The translations under genes and the position numbers were made by a program. The notes beneath the pieces are model-generated. The model was given only the letters and a program-made list of their open reading frames with translations, had not been told where the DNA came from and did no database searches. Below are positions 58,974-64,000 of a stretch of DNA of 64,000 nt, one piece after another. The stretch's first letter is position 1, and every line of letters starts with the position of its first letter. Location: assembly GCA_964106645.2 (NCBI GenBank), contig OZ067048.1, one strand, 5' to 3'. This DNA is from Podarcis pityusensis (lineage: Eukaryota).

Positions 58974-59108
58974 ATGTTGTGCCCAGAGGAAATGGCTTCT
59001 CTGGCAGATGAGGACCTCCTTGACTTCCTCCTCCAGGATGGAGGTCCCTCAGCTGATCTGGGCAAGGGAGGCTTCCTGCCAGAAGACTGGGACTTTCCAG
59101 GGCCCGAG
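58974..59108 (+). CDS. CREB3: CREB3 first coding exon
   Basis: ccctccag|ATG; [21 protein letters not shown]...FPGPE|gtgagt; 135 nt. Confidence 0.88.
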
Positions 59109-59655
59109 GTGAGTGCCAGCTGCCTTGGGCAAGCCAGGGGTGGGGTTGCTGCTGCTCCAGCTCCCCCCCCCTTGCCTCACGACCTCCTTTCCCTCCAGGC
59201 CTTGGGCGAGGAGGAGGTGGACGACTTTCTGAGGTGCCTCCTGAGCCCTTTTGCAGAAGAGTCCAGCGGCTCGCCGGACCCCTCCCCTCCTCACAGCAGC
59301 AGCAGCAGCCTTGCCGAAGAGCAGAACTTCTCCTGCAGCCCTGCAAGCTGGGAGGGGTCCCCCACTGGCAGCCCCGCCGGCTCCGAAAGTGTCCAGTCCG
59401 ACCACAACTACTCCCTGCACCCGACGCTGCCTGGGCCCCCCAAAGGTCCTGCGCTGGAGAACGTCAGCTCCTCCTCGGATGTGGGCGACGGGGATGTCGC
59501 CATTGACCTGGGTGAGTGCCCAGGGCATCTGGGGTGGGGGGTCCATGCAATGTCCCTTGGGGCAGGCGCTGAGCTGGGCCAGAGCAGGCAGGCGCTGAGC
59601 TTTCCCCTGTGCTTGCTGACGTGGTGCTGCAGAACCTCTCTCTCTCCTTCCCTCC

Positions 59656-59708
<53 letters not shown>

Positions 59709-62700
59709 CTGAGTAGCTTCTTTAGGACCAGGAAGGAGAGAGTAGGAAGAAATGGACAGTTCCCCCAGCAGAGGGAATCAAGGGGTATCTGGACTGGGAC
59801 CAGTGCATAAATAATAATAGTGGTAATAGTAATAGTAGTAGTAGTAGTAATTATAATAATAATAATAAATCTATTTATTTATTTATACCTTGCCCATCTG
59901 TCTGGGTTTCCCCAGCCACTTGGATCAGCTTCCAAAAAAAAGATTAAAAATACATTAAAACATCAGTCATTAAAAACTTCCCTAAGCAGGGCTGCCTTCA
60001 GATGTCTTCTAAAAGTCTGGTAGTTGTTTATTTGCTTCCTGGTGGGAGGGCATTCCACAAGGCGGGCGCCACTACCGAGAAGGCCCTCTGCCTGGTTCCC
60101 TGTAACCTCACTTCTCACAGGGAGGGAAGCACCAGAAGGCCCTCGGGAGATGGACCCCGGTGTCCGGGGTGGAGACGCTCCTTCCGGTCTACTGGGTCGA
60201 AGCCTCCAGAGCAGGAGAAAACAAGCTGGCTCCATCTTTGATTTGTCACTCCTGCTTGGGAGCTTCCCTGGGGCAGGAGGAGGATGCTGGACAAGGGGGC
60301 CCACTGCCCTGGTCTGACTCGCGGCTGGTCACTCTCTCTGCCCCCCCATCTCTCAACCCCCCCCTCCGCCCGGGAGCTGCCATCGCCCTGAGCAGGGTCT
60401 GATGGGCTGGAGAGCTGTTCCCTTTGGGATGCCTTGGAAGGCGAGAGGCAGCGGTTGGGCTTGTTGTTTGCACACACCTTTTCCAGCGGCCAATTAGCCC
60501 CACTTCCTCACATGCGCCGAGCGCCCTCCTCAGTGGGCAGGTGAACAGTAATGGACGCACAGAGAATGCAAGCGGTGAGGGAATGAAATGCAAAAAGCAA
60601 GAGATTTTTTTTTTTTAATGATATTTATTAAAGTTTCACATAGAAAAAGACACATCAATAAGAAAAGAATTTAAAAATAAAATGAAGAATACACAATACA
60701 AAATACAAAAAGAAAAAAAAGAGTTAAAAAACAGTTAAAAACAATTCCATCTTTTCATCACTACTTTTAAATTTACTTATTTTCTGGACCTCCTCATACC
60801 TCCCTCTTTTGTATTCCAATTCGTTTGTTTGTCCAGCAATTCCTTTCCCTCCTTTTTGATCCCAGTCCTTAATCTTAATATAATGTAACATTAAATTTTT
60901 ACCTATTAATAGCCAATTTTCCATTCTTTTTACCTTTTTAATCCTAATCATTAATATTAATCTGTATATAACTTTAAAGCCTGTACAGCTAGAAACCGCT
61001 TAATTTCAATCCATCATCACTCTAACATTCTTTAATTTTGCAGTATTTCTGTAGGTAATCTTTAAATTTCTTCCAATCTTCTTCCACCAACTCTTCTCCC
61101 TGGTCACGGATTCTGCCAGTCATTTCCGCCAATTCCATATAGTCCATCAATTTCATCTGCCATTCCTCCAGTGTGGGTAGCTCTTGTGTCTTCCAATACT
61201 TTGCGATAAGTATTCTTGCTGCTGTTGTTGCATACATAAAGAAAGTTCTATCCTTTTTTAACACCGATTGGCCGACTATGCCCAGGAGAAAGGCTTCTGG
61301 TTTCTTCAAGAAGGTATATTTAAATACCTTTTTTAATTCATTATATATCATTTCCCAGAAAGCCTTAATCTTTGAGCACGTCCACCAAAGGTGAAAAAAT
61401 GTACCTTCAATTTCCTTACATTTCCAACATTTATTATCAGGCAAATGGTAAATTTTTGCAAGCTTGACTGGGGTTATGTACCACCTGTATATCATTTTCA
61501 TAATATTTTCTCTTAAGGCATTACATGCCGTAAATTTCATACCTGTGGTCCATAACTGTTCCCAGTCAGCGAACATAATGTTGTGTCCAACGTCTTGTGC
61601 CCATTTAATCATAGCAGATTTCACCGTTTCATCCTGAGTGTTCCATTTCAGCAGCAAGTTATACATTCTTGACAAATTCTTAGTTTTGGGTTCTAACAGT
61701 TCAGTTTCTAATTTTGATTTTTCCACCTGGAAGCCAATTTTCTTGTCCAAATTGAATGCCCCAAAAGCAAGAGATTGCCCCACGGTGAAACTGTTTCTGT
61801 GACCTCATTCACAAAGGAGCGTTGGCAGTGCTGATTTTGGGCCCGATCCGTTTGGGGCCAGGAGCAGCCTCTTTCTTGGCTGGCGCGTGGGATTGGGGTG
61901 GAGCCACGAGCGCTGCCATGTTCTCATGACATCCTTGCACCGCCCGGGGCAAAGTGTGCCAAGGAAGGAGAGCAGAGGGGTGTGTCCCCCCCCCGGCAAG
62001 CCTGGGCCCTCTGGCCTCGTGGCCCCTTCCACCCCTGACTGTGCGGCCCCCTTTCCTCTTCCAGAGATGTGGGAGATCATGGAGACTTCGTCAGAGTCCT
62101 GCTTCAGCGATCGGGACAGTGCTCTTCCAGTCACAGTTTCCATTGAGGAACCGACACCCCAGCCAAGTGGGGGGGACCTGCAGGTACAAGACAGCCGTGT
62201 GCCCCCCTCTGCCCCCAATATGCCTGGCTCTCGGGGGAGGCTCCCACAGGGGCTTCCCTTCTCCTGCCTCTTGGGGGGTGCAGCCTGGCAGACGCCCACC
62301 CAGCCCTACCTCTGAATGTGGTGCTTTTTCAGTTTGACTTCCCTCAGCTGATTCTGACGGATGAGGAGAAGAAGCTTCTGGAGAAAGAGGGCGTCTCGAT
62401 CCCTTCCAACCTGCCGCTGACCAAGGTGGGTGCCACAAACTCTGCACGTGTGCGTGCGCACCCTTGCCCTGAGGTGCGCTTCTGGGCACGGTGGGCAGAG
62501 GCAAGTGGGAAATGGGGGTGTAATTCCTGGCTGCAATTCCTGCTTCTCCCGGGGGGGGGGGGCTTTCTGGATGGGCTCTCTGTTTTTCTCTGGTGAGGTC
62601 CAGGTGCTTGATTCCAGAGTAAAGGAGGGCCCTTCCTACCAGGGGGTGGTGCTTTTATAGCCAGCCTCCTGTACTTCCCGGGGTGAATGCCCCTTGGGGG

Positions 62701-62907
62701 TTTTTGGGGGGCACGTCCTCTTTGCTCCTGGGTGAACTGGAGGAGGGTTGCTGGCTGCCAGCCTGGCCCTGGCTGACCCTCAGAGCCCTGTGCCCTGCAG
62801 GCCGAGGAGCGGGTTCTGAAGAGAGTTCGCCGGAAGATCCGGAACAAGCAGTCAGCCCAGGACAGCCGCCGGCGGAAGAAGGTCTACATGGACAGCCTGG
62901 AGAGCAG
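58974..62907 (+). CDS. CREB3: CREB3 (Luman/LZIP) ER-anchored bZIP transcription factor, 5' part (continues beyond window)
   Basis: Acidic LxxLL motif (DLLDFLL), HCF-binding motif DHNY (59400-59411), [15 protein letters not shown]...LPLTK segment, basic region [22 protein letters not shown]; head-to-head synteny with TLN1. Confidence 0.92.
59199..59511 (+). CDS. CREB3: CREB3 coding exon 2
   Basis: [15 protein letters not shown]...VQSDHNYSL...DVAIDL; 313 nt. Confidence 0.9.
59636..59701. repeat. (CT)n microsatellite
   Basis: Direct read. Confidence 0.95.
59820..60190 (-). mobile_element. L2-type LINE 3' fragment
   Basis: Reverse complement of the L2 tail and [14 protein letters not shown] segment. 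Confidence 0.85.
60607..61762 (-). mobile_element. L1-type LINE, 5'-truncated, young
   Basis: Uninterrupted ORF2 C-terminus with CCHC motif (CWKC...HLWWTC); polyA tail; 14-bp TSD AAAAGCAAGAGATT (60593-60606 and 61763-61776). Confidence 0.92.
62065..62183 (+). CDS. CREB3: CREB3 coding exon 3
   Basis: [14 protein letters not shown]...GGDLQ; 119 nt, phase 1-0 consistent. Confidence 0.8.
62333..62425 (+). CDS. CREB3: CREB3 coding exon 4
   Basis: [31 protein letters not shown]; 93 nt. Confidence 0.93.
62801..62907 (+). CDS. CREB3: CREB3 coding exon 5 (bZIP basic region)
   Basis: [35 protein letters not shown]; 107 nt. Confidence 0.95.
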
Positions 62908-62951
62908 GTGAGGAATCAGAATGGGGGAGTTGGAAGGGACCCCAGGGGGTC

Positions 62952-63849
62952 TGTGGCGGGCATGGCGGCGCTTTTCCTCTCACGCCGTTAAGCCCGCTGT
63001 CATCTAGATAAATTGCCCCCACCTCACTGAACAACCCTTTACCCGAAAGTTTCTTTTCCTTTCTGCTTAAAAATTCTAGCCCAGAGTATCCTGCGGGGGA
63101 CCTTTGTGAGGGGATAACTAGAAAGTTGGAGTCTCAGACAGGTTTTCTTTAAATAAACAATAAAGCTTTATTTAAGGCAAGATAGTATATAGCACATATG
63201 GATTAAACTTAGGTTACTTCCAGAATACAGTGCGATTTCACTTTATTTCGTCCTCAGTTGTTTTTGCATTATAGGTTTGGTTCTTTCTTTCAGTTCTCCA
63301 CCCCCTTTAACACTCCTGAGGCACTTTAAGAAATAGACCCAAGGGCTCTCCACCCCCCTCCCTTCACTGGGCTTGGGAGTTGCTTCTTCTCCTTAGAAGA
63401 ATCTCCCCCCCCCCCCCCGGACTAGATTGGAGTCCCAAGGAGGCTGTTCCTTTCCAGCTCCTTCTTCTCCTTGCTCAACATCGGCCTCCCTGTAAAATTC
63501 CGGTCTACTCCTCCCCCAGGAGTCCACACTCTGTCCTTCCCAATACGCTCAGAGCGGAAGTTGTTTTTTCCCAGAACCAGCTCTTTCTCCCTTTCGCTCT
63601 TTCTCCCTCAACCTGCCTCCCTACCTGTCTCCCAGCCTCTCCAACCTCTTTCCAACCAACTCCCAACTAACTGTCCTCAAATCCTTTCCTTTTAAACTCT
63701 CCCTCCTGGAACCTCAGCCAACCAGAGGCAGCCTTAACTATTTGCTTCCTTAACCATTTGCTGGTAGGGAAAGAAAGAAAGAAGGGGGGGGGGCAGAGAG
63801 AAACACTTGTTGATTCAACCTGTCCAGCAAAACCAACTTTTTTGTCACA
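62952..63849. mobile_element. Solo LTR-like insertion (898 bp) inside a CR1 tail
   Basis: TGTG...CACA termini, 5-bp TSD GGGTC; splits the CR1 3' motif GAAGGGACCCCAGGGGGTC|ATGTAGCCCA. Confidence 0.75.
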
Positions 63850-64000
63850 GGGTCATGTAGCCCAGCCCTCTGCCATGCCAAAATCGCAGTGCCAGAGTCC
63901 CTGATAGGTGGCCATCTGACTGACTTGTGCTTCTAAACCTTCACTGAAGGAGCATCCACCACCTCCCAAGGGAGTCCAGGGGGGAAGTGGGGGGGGCAGA

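Noticed and set aside
62801-62907. Assignment as CREB3L4 or CREB3L3 (basic region [19 protein letters not shown] resembles them)
   Set aside because: The region is conserved across the family. Synteny with TLN1 and the KKVY motif favour CREB3.

Overview
Vertebrate genomic DNA, most likely a squamate and probably a lacertid lizard (judged from Sauria/Squam-type SINEs, BovB tails and L2/CR1 tails). It holds the conserved head-to-head pair TLN1 (talin-1, minus strand) and CREB3 (Luman/LZIP, plus strand). I traced 52 constitutive TLN1 coding exons by hand, from the ATG at 32601 down to position 53: 2395 codons, all GT-AG, with consistent phases. The last three exons lie outside the window. A probable non-coding TLN1 exon 1 sits in a CpG island near 52 kb. 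CREB3 has a probable non-coding exon 1 (about 56.7 kb) and five coding exons reaching the bZIP basic region, and continues past the window end. Introns are rich in transposons (L1, L2, CR1, RTE/BovB, tRNA-derived SINEs, hAT and Tc1/mariner MITEs, solo LTRs), many with readable target-site duplications (TSDs). The most interesting signals are in TLN1 splicing: (1) a 51-nt in-frame cassette exon exactly where human mechano-regulatory exon 17b lies; (2) a candidate 3-nt (Pro) microexon in rod domain R12 with a strong acceptor, donor and RBFOX motif; (3) an apparent loss of the intron between human exons 15 and 16; (4) a candidate poison or internal-first exon in intron 35. The TLN1/CREB3 promoter region is also split into two CpG islands by about 4 kb of transposons. 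Exon numbers follow human TLN1 from memory. Most ORFs in the supplied track are spurious GC-rich frames.
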